From Octopus bimaculoides (taxonomy: Eukaryota): a DNA stretch of 64,000 bases. Shown here piece after piece: positions 27,627 to 40,188 of the stretch. The stretch lies in assembly GCF_001194135.2 (NCBI RefSeq), contig NC_068992.1, positions 18,199,298 through 18,263,297 of the forward strand, read 5' to 3'. Made by a program: the position numbers and the translations under genes. The notes under the pieces are model-generated. The model had not been told where the DNA came from. It worked only from the letters and a program-made list of their open reading frames with translations, and did no database searches. Numbering within the stretch: the stretch's first letter is position 1; each line of letters starts with the position of its first letter.

Positions 27627-28019
27627 ATGTATGTATATATATATATATGTATGTATTCATGTGTATAAAAATATATCTGTCTATANNNNNNNNNNNNNNN
27701 NNNNNNNNNNNNNNNNNNNNNNNNNNNNNNNNNNNNNNNNNNNNNNNNNNNNNNNNNNNNNNNNNNNNNNNNNNNNNNNNNNNNNNNNNNNNNNNNNNNN
27801 NNNNNNNNNNNNNNNNNNNNNNNNNNNNNNNNNNNNNNNNNNNNNNNNNNNNNNNNNNNNNNNNNNNNNNNNNNNNNNNNNNNNNNNNNNNNNNNNNNNN
27901 NNNNNNNNNNNNNNNNNNNNNNNNNNNNNNNNNNNNNNNNNNNNNNNNNNNNNNNNNNTATATATATATATATATATATTTGTACGTATGTTTTCACAAA
28001 AAGAAATAAAAAACAAAAG

Positions 28020-28580
28020 ACGAAGACAGGTGGTGTACACAGCAAACAGATGTATTAGTTTAACCCTCGGGAAGTGTTACATGATATCAATAGCAGTCGT
28101 GAACTCGTTCTTACTCTATGTCCTTGACACACCTATAGCAGCATCAGAGGCCACTGGGACATACTGAGTGGAATTCGGAAGGAAAGGTTACTTTGAACAT
28201 TTTCAGTGATGTGGCCCGCCTGGTGATGAGGCAAGTGTCGTGTGGCCAGCTTCTCGAAAATGTTGCCCATACCTGTTATATACCAGAATCTCTGTTAACT
28301 AACTCCGGTGCAAACCCACCCAGTTTTACTGACGTCACCAACAATGCAGGCAGATACACAACTATTCCCATGTTCAAACAAGTTACATGACACGATCTGT
28401 CCCAGAAACGAATCATATGTTGATTGCTGAAGCCTCTCTAGTAAGGTTTCAAACGAAAAAATGCCTACTTATATTTGGCAGAAAGAATAAAAAATGTCAA
28501 ATACGCGGTTTACTCTGCAGTGGAGCCATCTATTCATACTTGTCTTTCAATGACATCATTTCACTCCTGTCAAAACAAGT
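28020..28580 (+). mobile_element. Possible piggyBac (PGBD-like) transposase C-terminal relic
   Basis: Frameshifted KTGGVHSKQM (cf. KMGGVDRSDQM), CYMISIAVVNSFLLY (cf. FYLLDIAVVNSFILY) and a downstream K/C-rich stretch. Highly degenerate. Confidence 0.45.
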
Positions 28581-28827
28581 TCACAACACCAACATCACTA
28601 AACCCTTGTGATTAACTTTGAAGCAAATCTACCATCAATAAGAAGTGATATTGAAGCCACTGTAACAACGAAGTGATAAAATATTTTACCAGGCACCAAA
28701 CCACCTACACAAACACGTCTCTAACCACACGTGCAAATACAATCCACCTTAGCAATTTTAAATACCCTAAACAACACAACTATTTCATCATTTTTGACGA
28801 TCGATGAGTATCTCAGCTCTTGTTGCC

Positions 28828-28840
28828 TCTACTACTACTA

Positions 28841-28907
<67 letters not shown>

Positions 28908-28930
28908 AGCCACTACTACTACTGCTGCTG

Positions 28931-28971
<41 letters not shown>

Positions 28972-29008
28972 GCCACTACTGCTACTGCTGCTGCTGCTAC
29001 TACTACTG

Positions 29009-29066
<58 letters not shown>
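28828..29066. repeat. (CTA)n trinucleotide array with CTG/GCC interruptions
   Basis: Direct observation; accounts for the poly-T/Y/L/V/S ORFs in the track. Confidence 0.95.
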
Positions 29067-29447
29067 GTGACAGGTCGAATATAAACAATAACGGCACAAC
29101 TAAATATGCACACCTATTAAATCATACATTCGGGTACCAACTGGGAGTTGATATGAGACTATACGGTTAAACGAATAATAGCAACAACAACAATAACAAG
29201 ACTCACATGCCATCAGACAACTGGTCACTTCACCTCTTGGAATGAAGCTTCTTAAATATTAAATATTGATTTTTTTAAAAATTATTAGAAATATATAATG
29301 AAAGATATTTTCAAAAAATCATTTCTGATTGAAGCTGAAACAAACAACAAAGTGTGGTTTTTAGGACGAACAAATACAAACGACTTAAAACAGAAACGAT
29401 TAAAAAAAAAAAACAACGAAATATCAAGTAGAAAAGAATAAGATATA

Positions 29448-29694
29448 TTGGGTTGGTGTATAATTATTGCGACCTTTTTCAACGAATTTTATTCAACAAA
29501 AATAATAACAATATTTAACAAAAATATCTTTAAATGACAGTCTGACCATCTGCCAAGCAAATGGGAAGCAGTAATTGAAGTAGATGGTGAATATGCTCCG
29601 GAATAATCATTTAAAGATGTTTTTGTTACATGTTATTGTTTTTGTTGAATGAAATTTGTGAAAACAAAGCCGCAATAATTATGCACCAATTCAA
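29448..29694 (+). mobile_element. Mariner-derived MITE (~247 bp) with long terminal inverted repeats and TA target duplication
   Basis: Left TA|TTGGGTTGGTGTATAATTATTGCG and right CGCAATAATTATGCACCAATTCAA|TA; inverted similarity extends about 90 bp. The centre encodes DHLPSKWEAVIEVDGEYAPE*, a mariner transposase C-terminus. Confidence 0.88.
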
Positions 29695-30021
29695 TATATA
29701 CTAATACGTATACATTTATATCGTTTCCGAAAATCAATGTTATTTAAATAAAATAATGTAAGATGCCAGTTGGTTCCATCATTAAGGATTGCAATATTCA
29801 ATATAAATAGTCTAAGGATTTATTAACCATTTAATTAAAAATAAGTAAATGATTAATGGAGTTCTTCATATTTAAAAATTAATGGAGTTCTTCATATTTT
29901 AAAATTGCGATGAATTTTAAAAATTCTTCAATTAAATATTTCCTTTACTCTTAAATTCAAAACAATAATTTCACTTTTAATCTTGACAATGTATTATAAT
30001 ATAATATTTGTTGTTTGAGTC

Positions 30022-30385
30022 ATTAGACGGCAGCCCCGCTGGGGCACCGTCTTGAAAGAGTTTTTTGCCGAATGAATCGGCCACAGTATTTTTCTTTCTA
30101 AGTCTGGTTCTTATTCTATCGATCTATTTTATTGAACCGCTATGTTATGGGAATGTAAACACATCAAAACCGAATGTTAAGTGGTGGCGGAACTGACAAA
30201 CACACGCACCCCCCATACAAATACATATACGACGGGCTTCTTTCAGTCTCCAACTACCAAATTCACTCACAAACCTAATGGCTATAGTAGGAGAAAGTTT
30301 CCCAAGGTGAAACGTAGTAGGACTGAACCCAGAACAATGTAGTTGAGAGGCAAGCACCTTCACACACAGCCAGTCCTGCGCCTAC
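30022..30385 (-). mobile_element. SINE family A
   Basis: Plus strand CCGCTGGGGCACCGTCTT...TTATTCTATCG...ACGACGGGCTTCTTTCAGT...GGACTGAACCCAGAAC...CACACAGCC is the reverse complement of family A. Confidence 0.8.
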
Positions 30386-30479
30386 ACTTAGATGCGATAT
30401 ATGCAGAGTGGCCGAAAAGTAGGTTTATAGTTACTACGTAGGTACTTTAAATTTCTGTTAAACATTTTATGACTTTTCA

Positions 30480-31200
30480 ACACACAACACCCCGAAGGTG
30501 ATGTATAACCTCCAGGTAGTATTATTTACTGATTGTTTGGTCTTGTGATGCGTATTCGTGATGCACAACACCACGGCAGTCAAAGAAACAGGTCAATATT
30601 ACTTACACCTTTTGGGCCTTGGTGATGATTGGTGGTTCCGTTGAGAGCACTGAAAATTGGTTTCTGGGTCGTAACTCTAATTCCATGTCTCATCACAAGT
30701 AAGGATGGTCTCATAAAGTCTGGGTTACGGTTTGCACAGTACAGGCTGTTCTGGTCGATTTTGGTGAGGAGTAACTTCTGCTGTAGCGCCAGCATCTTCA
30801 GGACGAATTTCGCCGACGCAAATCCTCCATTATAATGGGATGCATTGATCTCGTTCTTATTCCCACTTCGAGAGCAATTTCCTGGATTGTTAAATGATGA
30901 TCTTCCATGACTATTCGCCGAACATTCTTAATCCTTGTTTCAGTTTGTGGATGACCGGCCTAAGTTTGTCACACTCGTCACTGAGGTGTAGTCATATTTT
31001 TGATGGGTTAAACCATTCCTTGATCTGAGATTTGCCCATGCCATCATCGCCAAAAGCCTGCTGGTTGTTCTGGATAGTTTTATTATCCCCAAGCTTTAGG
31101 CAAGACTTGGTGAAAAATCTCTACTTGATGCGTTCCGTTGTCTTGCGTGAAAGCGAAAATCCAACAATCGCGTACAAACACGTCTTTATTCTGAGCGTAA
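30480..31200 (-). mobile_element. Mariner transposase pseudogene, N-terminal two-thirds
   Basis: Minus strand TTERIK*RF..KLGD..QQAFGDDGMGKSQIKEWFN..., TCDETWN.SYDPET and LTCFFDCRGVVHHEYASQDQT..YYLEV, with frameshifts and stops. Confidence 0.85.
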
Positions 31201-32512
31201 TAGCCAGGAAGAGATGCGGCCCACCGACGAGAGTGTTTTCGACGAAAAAATTCTCGAAGGAAGAGTGTCGTCACCTTTCACCGAAGGAATTTTCCCTCAA
31301 TGCATTAGCGTTGGTGGGGGAAATTACAGTTGGGTATTTTTAAACGTATCTTGTAGAATGTCGACGGCATTGAATAAGCGTCTTACTAAATGTTTTGCGG
31401 TGTGTGTCTCGACTTACCACTCTCTCACGTAAAACTGCATAAAGATTGGCAACATAGTTCCTTTGAAACATTTCACGGAATCTTATTACCAGCGACCTTA
31501 ATACTGGGCTAGCAAGTTTCTTGTGATTCCTATGTGGAAATTTTTATATGCTTTTGTCCTGAAATTGCTGGTATTTCATAGCATTATCGTAAACTAAACA
31601 CTCATACTCTCATATCTGTTATTCGTACACATAACCTTCAGGTGATTCTTCTACAAATTATTCTTTCTTTACTCCGTATATTTCCCAGCTTTAAAATTTC
31701 CAAATAATCCCTACCATTATACAATGTGAAGATCTGAAAAACATCACAATTGTTACGAGTTATCAACGTGAATGTTATTGATGTTTTATTTAAAGCTAAC
31801 ATGGGATCAAATATTAAACGTCGCTATCAATGAGAAAAAAAGAGAGAAACGATTTACCAGAACGACACAAATATACTGGCTTTAGTTTTAATGTAAACAT
31901 TCAGTTGATTTAAACAAAATACAAATGTCGAATGATTCTGAAATATTTATCTTAAGATAAACATAAACATAAACTCATACGTTATAGAAATAATAGCGGA
32001 TAAGGGAGAAATAACATGGCGACATTTGGTTAAACGCTCACATGGATACAGAGATGAAATAATAAATGTAAAAGACTTCGGAAAGGAACATAGATCACAA
32101 ATTGTGTAAACGCATAGTAATTGAAAAACAATTCTGAAGGCAAACATTAAATACGACAGAGAGAATAACGAATCTATTGTTTCCTGAATGTGAAAAGCAG
32201 AGATACTACCATATCAACGAAATAATATTACATATAAATATTTGAACGATGTTTCACTTGCGGATATACTTTTGAAGAACTGACAACAGCAAATAAATAG
32301 TGAGGGTTTGTTTTTTCAAAGTTTAGAAGAATTTAAAGAATACTGGTATATATGTGCATGTATAAACGTACATACACATGTATATATAGTTATATGTGTG
32401 TGCGTGTGTGTGCATGCGTGTACGTGTGCCTGTGTGTGTATGTGTTTGTATCTATGTACATAGGTTCACGTGTGCATACGTGTGCGCACCTTCATGTGCA
32501 TGTTGATGTATG

Positions 32513-32975
32513 TACGCGGTAGTATCAAAAAGGTTCCGGGCTAGTTATGTTTAATAGAAAATAACTTATTTACCTGTTTTAACATCATCTTTGTAGGAAA
32601 TCACTGATCTCAGCTTTCCTGCTACTTTTGGAATCCGGCCTGGCAGTCGTTTTCCGTAAGCGAGTCGAGGACTTTCAGCGATCCAGTCTTGAACTCGACA
32701 ACTGTGTTAAAACGGCGACTTTTGAGCTGCATTTTCATCTTGGAGAAGACATGGAAGTCCGCAGATGCCAAATCGAGCGACTGGAGCGAGTGCGGAAGTG
32801 ATACAAAGGCGAGAAACTCACGATTGAACAGAGCTTGATGCATAGTGGTCGGGAAGAAGCCAATTCTTCACGCTACACAATCCGGTCTCTTTCGCTGAAA
32901 GTCTTCCCTGAAACGCTACACAACGTCGCAGTAGAATTCTCGATTGACGGTCTGGCTTGAGGGAAGAATCGTTAC
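32513..32975 (-). mobile_element. Mariner transposase pseudogene, C-terminal part plus one terminal repeat
   Basis: Minus strand QTVNREFYCDV..REDFQRKRPD, SLDLASADFHVFSKMKMQLKSRRFNTV..LDSLTENDCQAGFQK. Terminal repeat TACGCGGTAGTATCAAAAAGGTTCCGG at 32513. Confidence 0.88.
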
Positions 32976-33394
32976 ATTTTCGAGGGTGACCTAATTGAAT
33001 ACCAGACGTAGAGTAATATACTTTTTACTAACGCTTCAAAATTATCACAGAACTATTACTCATAATTTCACTTCCCTTCCGTCGGACAGTTGTGACAGTA
33101 TCATCACAACCATCCGACGAACGGGATCGTGAAACTCGCTTTGTGATCGTGAGTACACCAAACCTCAAGTGTGCGCACGCTCACATTTTTTCAGATGCTT
33201 GTGAACACGTTTGCGCGAGGGCGTTTATACATTTATATTTGTTAACGGTTATTTTAAATACTTTTCTCGCTGATTTGCGTGTTCGTTTCTTTTTTCCATC
33301 TGTGAATTTATTTTTGATCTTCTATGTTTATGAAGATATTTCTTCCGACTTGCTACTTTTCCTTTTACATAGTTCATCCATTCCTGAAACTAAA

Positions 33395-33760
33395 TTATGT
33401 TAACAGTAACTCAAAATTCATCCCTTATGTATTATGCGAAAGTGCATTTATATATTCGTGTAGTCCACAGAATAGACAGGAATTCCTTGGAGCAGAAACG
33501 GCATCTCATGGAAATTATATTGTATGGTTTCGCGTGTATTACTATGGACTACGTTCTCCCGTTCTTAATATTATCCACCTTCAGTCGCCGTACAAATCCG
33601 ACCAAAGATATTGAATGTCTCTTATTGAATATCTTAAAGTTGGCGACATGTTTACCATAACGATTCTTAAATGAATCAGCCGTCTGCCCAATGTAAACAT
33701 ACGGCCCTCCCCTTGTGTGTACAGTATATTTATATACAAGATTTGTACTCGTACAGATAT
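33395..33760 (-). mobile_element. Penelope-like element, GIY-YIG endonuclease remnant
   Basis: CTSTNLVYKYTV..GPYVYIGQTADSFKNRYGKH..F...KRHS.SL followed (frameshift) by SIVIHAKPY..MRCRFC. This is the typical Penelope GIY-YIG layout. Confidence 0.8.
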
Positions 33761-34189
33761 TCTTCAATATCTTATACACTGGCATTTCCCATATTCGAAA
33801 ATTTAACGTATACACTTAAAATATGATGTTCATCGTACATACTGCGGTATCATAGTTTATGTGCATCATGTTACACGGTTAAGTTGTGACTTACTCAAAA
33901 TATTCATACACAAAGAAATATATGCCAGTGTATACATGTGTAAATCATCATCTAAGGAGGGATGTGTTTAGAAGAATTGTGCTTTATCGACAATTAACTC
34001 TCATTTAGAAGGCGGGAAATAGTATTTATGACTATCTGTAATTATCAGTTATATCACATTTCTAAACGATTTTGTTATTAAAAGCTATCTGACAACTAAA
34101 TATTTCTGATTCATTCTTATCAATAAAACAATATTGATGAAAAGAACGATGATGTTACTTCTCTATCTCCTTCTCTTTCTTCTATTATA

Positions 34190-34410
34190 ATAGTTTCTAA
34201 TTTAGATACAGGTCAGCAATTTTGAGGGAGTCTTATTAGTCAGTGCCATTGAATTCAGTACTTGACTTCTATTTTAGTTTATCATACATTAAATTGCATA
34301 CCATCAAAGTTGATCCAGTCAGAATTTGAACTCAGAACATAGAGAGCCGTAGCAAATATCAGAAGGTGGTGTTCGCGATACTCTAACGATCTTTGCAGTT
34401 CGCTGTCATT
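34190..34410 (-). mobile_element. SINE family B (old)
   Basis: CAGCAATTTTGAGGGAG...AGAATTTGAACTCAGAAC...CTAACGAT. Confidence 0.7.
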
Positions 34411-34469
34411 GTTAGAGATACTGAAATTGTTGCACGGCCAGTATTTTTGCAGAGTGGGAGATTAATCCT

Positions 34470-34680
34470 TTCTTGTATTGGCACAAGGCCTGAATTTTGG
34501 GGAGAAGGCCAGTCGAATATATTTACCCCCAAGTACTCAACTGGTACTAATTTTATCGACCCTAAAAATAGAAAGGCAAAGTCAACCTCGGCGAAATTTG
34601 AACTCAGAACGTAGTGTCGGGCGAAGTACCGCTTAACATTCCGTCCAGCGTACTAACGATTCTGCCAGCTCACCGCCTTC
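34470..34680 (-). mobile_element. SINE family B
   Basis: GGCACAAGGCCTGAATTTTGGGG...CAACTGGTAC...GGCAAAGTCAACCTCGGCGAAATTTGAACTCAGAAC...CTGCCAGCTCACCGCCTT. Confidence 0.9.
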
Positions 34681-34818
34681 ATATAATAATGGTAATAATA
34701 ATGATAATAATAATATTAATAATAATAATAATAATAATTATAATGATAATAATGATGATGATGATGATGTTGGTAATAATAATAATAATAATAATAATGA
34801 TGATGATGATGATGATGT

Positions 34819-34869
<51 letters not shown>

Positions 34870-34910
34870 TGATGATGATGATGATGATAATAATAATAAT
34901 AATAATAATG

Positions 34911-34956
<46 letters not shown>

Positions 34957-34972
34957 TAATAANNNNNNNNNN

Positions 34973-35024
<52 letters not shown>
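34681..35024. repeat. Compound (AAT)n/(GAT)n microsatellite
   Basis: Direct observation; contains a short N-gap. Confidence 0.95.
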
Positions 35025-35346
35025 CGAGAGATATGAAAGGTTAGCTTGGGAAGTTAAACAGTTGTGGCCGATGAAAAAGGTAGCAGTAGTACCAATAATT
35101 GTCGGAGCCCTGGGAACAATGAGCGAAAATCTCGAGGAGTACGTGGAACAAATAGGGGTTGTAATAAGAATGTAGCATTTCCAGAAAGCAACCCAGATTG
35201 GAACCGCTCGAATACTCCGGAAGGTGCTCGAAAAATAAGAGGTGTTACCTTTGTTCGCTGGTAGTGAACAGCTGACACTGTGATACACCTCCAGCGTTAG
35301 AAGCTGTGCAAAGGTAACAATAATAATAATAAAAATAATAATAATG
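35025..35346 (+). mobile_element. 5'-truncated R4/Dong-clade non-LTR retrotransposon: RLE-domain end, 3' UTR and (AAT)n tail
   Basis: ERYERLAWEVKQLWPMKKVAVVPIIVGALGTMSENLEEYVEQIGVVIRM*HFQKATQIGTARILRKVLEK* (35026-35238) matches the RLE C-terminus KY..LA.E...W..K.V.V.P...GALG......LQK..LLGTARILRKVL. Confidence 0.88.
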
Positions 35347-35640
35347 ATATGCCTTGATTCAGTACCAGGCAGTGGTTCTCATGGTTTCTGATTTTAATTT
35401 ATTGGCAGTTTTACCATGCACATTGTTTAATCTTGGTGTAGATGATAGGCTACAACAAACATTCTGCTCAACACCACAGGTTTGCTTGTCAGTTGTTTAA
35501 CCTTAAACCAGTTGAGCAAGTCCCTTGATGGCTGAGGATGTGTGCATCTCTGATCACGAGCAGAAGTAGTGGGGGATCATCATAGCCATGTGTTAAGAGG
35601 AACTCTTAGGGGTTTAGGTAATTTCCCTTTGGAAATTGGG
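35347..35640 (-). mobile_element. Unclassified retroposon-like 3' end with (ATT)n tail
   Basis: A GC-richer block ending on the minus strand in CCTGGTACTGAATCAAGGCATATCATTATTATT. Resemblance to a cephalopod dispersed repeat is recalled, not verified. Confidence 0.45.
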
Positions 35641-36774
35641 TTAATATTAGGTTAAAAATTCCTTTGGTTACAAAAGATAAAAGCTGCCCCTGGGTCTCGA
35701 AACCATTGTCTGCATGAAACATGACGGTCGCTCTAGCGTTCGCCTTCTAATCTTTGTTTAGATTTTAGAAATGTTATTCTTTCAAGCGATAATTATTATT
35801 ATGTTTTTGGGACAATTTAGCCTGAAGCAAATAAGGCTATAGTTAATTGTGTGGAAAGCGTGCGATAAAAAATACTCTTTGAATAGAAAGGTCGAAGGTT
35901 GCTTGTGCGACTGGAACCCACATCTGTTATATTAATGCTAGTGTTTACATTATTTTGGCATTAAAGTTGAGAAAATGTAGAATTGAAGCGGGATAACTCA
36001 GAAATTCATGTTTTTTCTCAGCAGCGTTCAGACCTATGCATGATGTTGTGAAATGGCTTCATTCTGGAGTAGAAATCTATATTCTGAAGTGATGTCTCAC
36101 CGGGAAGAACTGCACAACAATCATGGCAATGCAAACATTAATTGCTTTCAAATATTACAAATAATTACTTCACACTGGGGACTGTTTTTGCTCTGTACGT
36201 GAGAAATTAATTCACATGATTCCGTTCACTAAACTAAATTGACCTCTACAGAGATGTCATTGTTATGAATACGCTTGTTTTATTGACTGCTAGCTATCAA
36301 TCTAAGACGACGCTGTTGAAAAAAAAAATAATCAATTAATTTATTCAAGAGAAAGATAAAAACAAAATTCATGTTAATCACTCGAAAAATCAATAAAAAT
36401 ATTCAAGTTATAGTGATTTCAGCTTTGTACAAATATAGAAATTCTAGAATTAATGTTTTCTATCATTTTGAGATAAGCCAAAAGTCAGAGAAAGTGTTGA
36501 AATTATGCCATCGATTAATTTCAATATATAACCAGAAAATATACTCTAACATTGCGTTTTCGTCTCGTAGAATCAGCATTTATAATTATTTTCTCTGTTT
36601 ATCTTTCATTTCTTAATCTACTTCTCATCCATTTTAGACTTGTAAATTTTCTCCGATCCCTATCTGATACTGACTACCGATTAAATTGAATAATCCTTTT
36701 AAGAATATATTAGTATTGAGGCTATTAGATTGCGTAGTCCGCAGAGTGTAGCAAAAATTATGTTGTGATAATTA

Positions 36775-36945
36775 ACAATCCTTTCTAATATAAGCATAAA
36801 GTGGCCCTAATGCTTGACTGGTCCTTATGTCATCGACCCCGAAAGAAAGAAAGTCGACATCGGTGGTTTTTAAACTTCGAATGTTAAGACGGACAAAATG
36901 CCGCGAAGCATGTCGTCCGGCAAGCTAACAATACTGCAACTCTAA
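36775..36945 (-). mobile_element. SINE family B (deleted)
   Basis: ATCGACCCCGAAAG...AAAGTCGACATCGG...GCATGTCGTCCGGC. Confidence 0.75.
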
Positions 36946-37309
36946 GAATTTGAACTTAATAGTAAAGTGTTAATGTGATATTTAATATTAACACTTCACG
37001 TGTTAGTTCAAATTCTGCGAGATTTACTTTACCTGTCACCAATCTGTGGTCGATAAAGTGAAATGCTAGGGATGCATTACAGTCAACATCAGTAAGACAA
37101 AGCTTGCAGCCTCTGGCATCGCTGCATCTCAACTTGCACGCATCACATGCAAAGGTAAGTTTCTAGCTGAAGACAAATAATTCATTTGCATTATCCATAT
37201 GCACGATCTTCTGTAGCATGTGAAGTGAAGGTGAAATTCTTGGGCTAACAGAAGTTTTAATATTTGTCTAGTTATGCTTTACAATATCCTCTGAGTTTGC
37301 ACTTTAATC

Positions 37310-37700
37310 ATTTTCTCCTAGTTTTCGTATCGATTCTGTTGAACAAAACTTTCTTAAAAGACTCCTCCCTTGTTTTCATGATACAGCTCCTTTGCATATG
37401 GTCCAACTCATCGTGTATGTAGTAGTCACAAATGCCTATACAGGACGGAGCAAATGGTCCAGCCAAAATATGAAAATGTATATGTTCGTATTGCACTAGA
37501 TTTTGATTCGATATATGCCAAATGTGTATTGCGTAGGACTGACTAATGTCCTCTCCTTCCGACATCAATGATCACTGGATATGATGTTCGCTTCTGTTCG
37601 TGTTACGGTGGTTTAAGTGTTTGGAACCGCCTCATGTCATCCTGGGTGACCATCAGCAGAAGTGAAATTTTTGTAGTGCCAAATGCTAAAAATGCAATGG
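37310..37700 (-). mobile_element. Possible degenerate RTE-type LINE ORF2 C-terminus
   Basis: Scattered frameshifted motifs in the expected order: DMRRFQT, HISNQNL, WLDHLLR, KQGR. Weak. Confidence 0.35.
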
Positions 37701-37931
37701 TCATGGTACTTATTGCTGCTAAAAAATGTATATATTTACGATTTAGTATGATGTGGCTGAGTAGTACAGTTCGAAGTAGGTCAATTCTAAAATAAAATAC
37801 GTAAATACATTCTATTCTAGCTTATCCTCTAAAATGTGTTGTATATAATTCAAATATCTGTTTACTCAAATTATATGTATGTACCATTTATTTGATTAGA
37901 ATTACCTTAATGGGTGATTTTCCATTTCGAT

Positions 37932-37935
<4 letters not shown>

Positions 37936-38001
<66 letters not shown>

Positions 38002-38005
38002 TAGA
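37936..38005. repeat. (TA)n(GA)n microsatellite
   Basis: Direct observation. Confidence 0.95.
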
Positions 38006-40149
38006 TATATATAAATAAAAATAATATGTATATATATATATTAATAATATGTTTATAGTGCAGAAAATTGGTTATGAAATATTTACCTTATTCCGCTACC
38101 ACCAATATTAAACATTATTTACGAGAGTGCTCTGTCAAAGTTTAGTACGGGTCAATGGCCTTAAATTGAATTTTATAGCATTAGGGAGATAATAAGCGTA
38201 GTATAAATAATGACATTCGTCGTAGCTGAAATATTTCACGGTGCTTGTTTATATGAAATTACTATGCGTGGAAAATGAATAACACTTATTAATAGTTTCA
38301 TAGAAACGGTTTCAGGCATCGCTTTCTTATCGCCAATAAAGAGAGAATATACAGTCAAAAGTAATAGAGGACTAAACTAAATGCTTCGAGGTATATAATT
38401 ACATGGTGCTATCTTCAAAGATCAAACTCCATAAAGACAACCAATGAATGTAGTACTTCGACTTAATCGAACATAGATTTTTATTTCTGTTTCATAAATC
38501 TCTGAGATCTTCAGTTACATCATAACTACCCATATTAAATCTCATCTGGAATACCTGCGCTTTAAATATACTGAAATACATGAAATGAGTACAAGCGCCA
38601 GGGCTCATTAATTCTACTCAGCTACTTCTTAGATGCTTTATCAAATTATTTTCCATATGATTCTAGCTGCTCAGAAGAAACAATAATTTTGTCAGGTGGA
38701 CTGCGATCAATATTTGATTGTTGTCATTAATTTCCTAACACTCAATTGCATTTGCGAAATATTTAAACGTCACTCATCCTGAAACAGTTAACAAATTGTA
38801 TTGATCTCTTTGCTGGAGAAACAATAATTCAGTGATAGCATCCCAATAGTTTAAAAATGCAGTGATTTCTTAGTGATTCAACTATGGCACATGATAGTTT
38901 GGTTTTAAATAAACGTAAAATATGGTTTAAAATAAAAGTAAAAATAACGGCTAACTCAAATAACTGAAACAGCATTTACAATGAACAAAATGGACTTACG
39001 TAGAATATACATTCATATATATATATATATATANNNNNNNNNNNNNNNNNNNNNNNNNNNNNNNNNNNNNNNNNNNNNNNNNNNNNNNNNNNNNNNNNNN
39101 NNNNNNNNNNNNNNNNNNNNNNNNNNNNNNNNNNNNNNNNNNNNNNNNNNNNNNNNNNNNNNNNNNNNNNNNNNNNNNNNNNNNNNNNNNNNNNNNNNNN
39201 NNNNNNNNNNNNNNNNNNNNNNNNNNNNNNNNNNNNNNNNNNNNNNNNNNNNNNNNNNNNNNNNNNNNNNNNNNNNNNNNNNNNNNNNNNNNNNNNNNNN
39301 NNNNNNNNNNNNNNNNNNNNNNNNNNNNNNNNNNNNNNNNNNNNNNNNNNNNNNNNNNNNNNNNNNNNNNNNNNNNNNNNNNATATATATATATATATAT
39401 ATACTTTATGAAATGACAGACCGGTTCCCAAGCATCGATAGAGGTACATATTGTGATGACTGTTTACTCTACCTTCAAAATATTTCTGACAAATAAGTAC
39501 AAAAGGTTAAGAATAGTTTAGTTAAGTTTTTCCATAGAATGGGCTTAGGCATCGTTTTTGATGAAGATGTAGCAAAAGCCAACTATTTTAGATATTACAC
39601 TTAACTTACACAATAATTCGTACTTCCCTTAGCACAAACCATCGACTAATCTTAAGTATATTAGCCGATTCATTAATCATTCTAGGGCAATCGCTAAGAA
39701 CTTAGTCAAGAATATTTTATTTAGATTATCTAAGGTATCTGCTAATGTTGACATTTTCAACGACAAGGCTGAATTTTATAACTCTCCCTTATTTAAAGCA
39801 GGCTATACAAATAAACTTACCTACATTGGTAAATCTTCTAGTTCATGTATAGGATACTAGTGATAATAAATTATCATCTAGTGGCAATGCTAAGATTTCA
39901 AAGAAGCGTCAGTTATCTATTTATTCAACAGTAGTAATTGGTTTATATTTAAGAATTTCTTGCCTTTGGTAGAACGAATGGTAATGTCCACTAAACTGCA
40001 GTATGAAATATGCACGTAATCACTGGAAGCGTTTTAAAACTGAAAATAAATCCATTGAAGGACCTCTTGGTTTTGAGTTTCACATTGCTCAGTTTTGAAT
40101 ATATATTCATTATATTTGACGAGCAACAGACAGTACAGAACACTCATAC

Positions 40150-40188
40150 CTGTCCTTGGTGATAGCTATTTAGCAATTGTAACACAAC
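40150..40188 (-). CDS. Candidate 39-nt internal exon (VVLQLLNSYHQGQ), gene unknown
   Basis: Acceptor ttttcctcatcaccttctag|, donor CAG|gtatga, phase 0-0; the other two frames contain stops. Confidence 0.3.

Noticed and set aside
28731-29170. Poly-Thr mucin-like and poly-Ser/Leu/Tyr ORFs
   Set aside because: All frames derive from a (CTA)n microsatellite.
29852-29905. Tandem duplication ATTAATGGAGTTCTTCATATTT(T)AAAA x2
   Set aside because: Ordinary slippage duplication with no further structure.
31219-31319. 10-bp imperfect inverted repeat CCCACCGACG / CGTTGGTGGG
   Set aside because: Too short, with no target duplication, to call a MITE.
37110-37154. 45-nt + strand exon candidate ending in AAG|gtaagt
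   Set aside because: Weak acceptor, all three frames open and no recognisable peptide, so it cannot be supported.
37308-37568. SYAIHIWH motif resembling the alpha-1,4-glycosyltransferase C-terminus
   Set aside because: No DxD domain or matching downstream residues. Neighbouring frames fit a decayed RTE LINE better.
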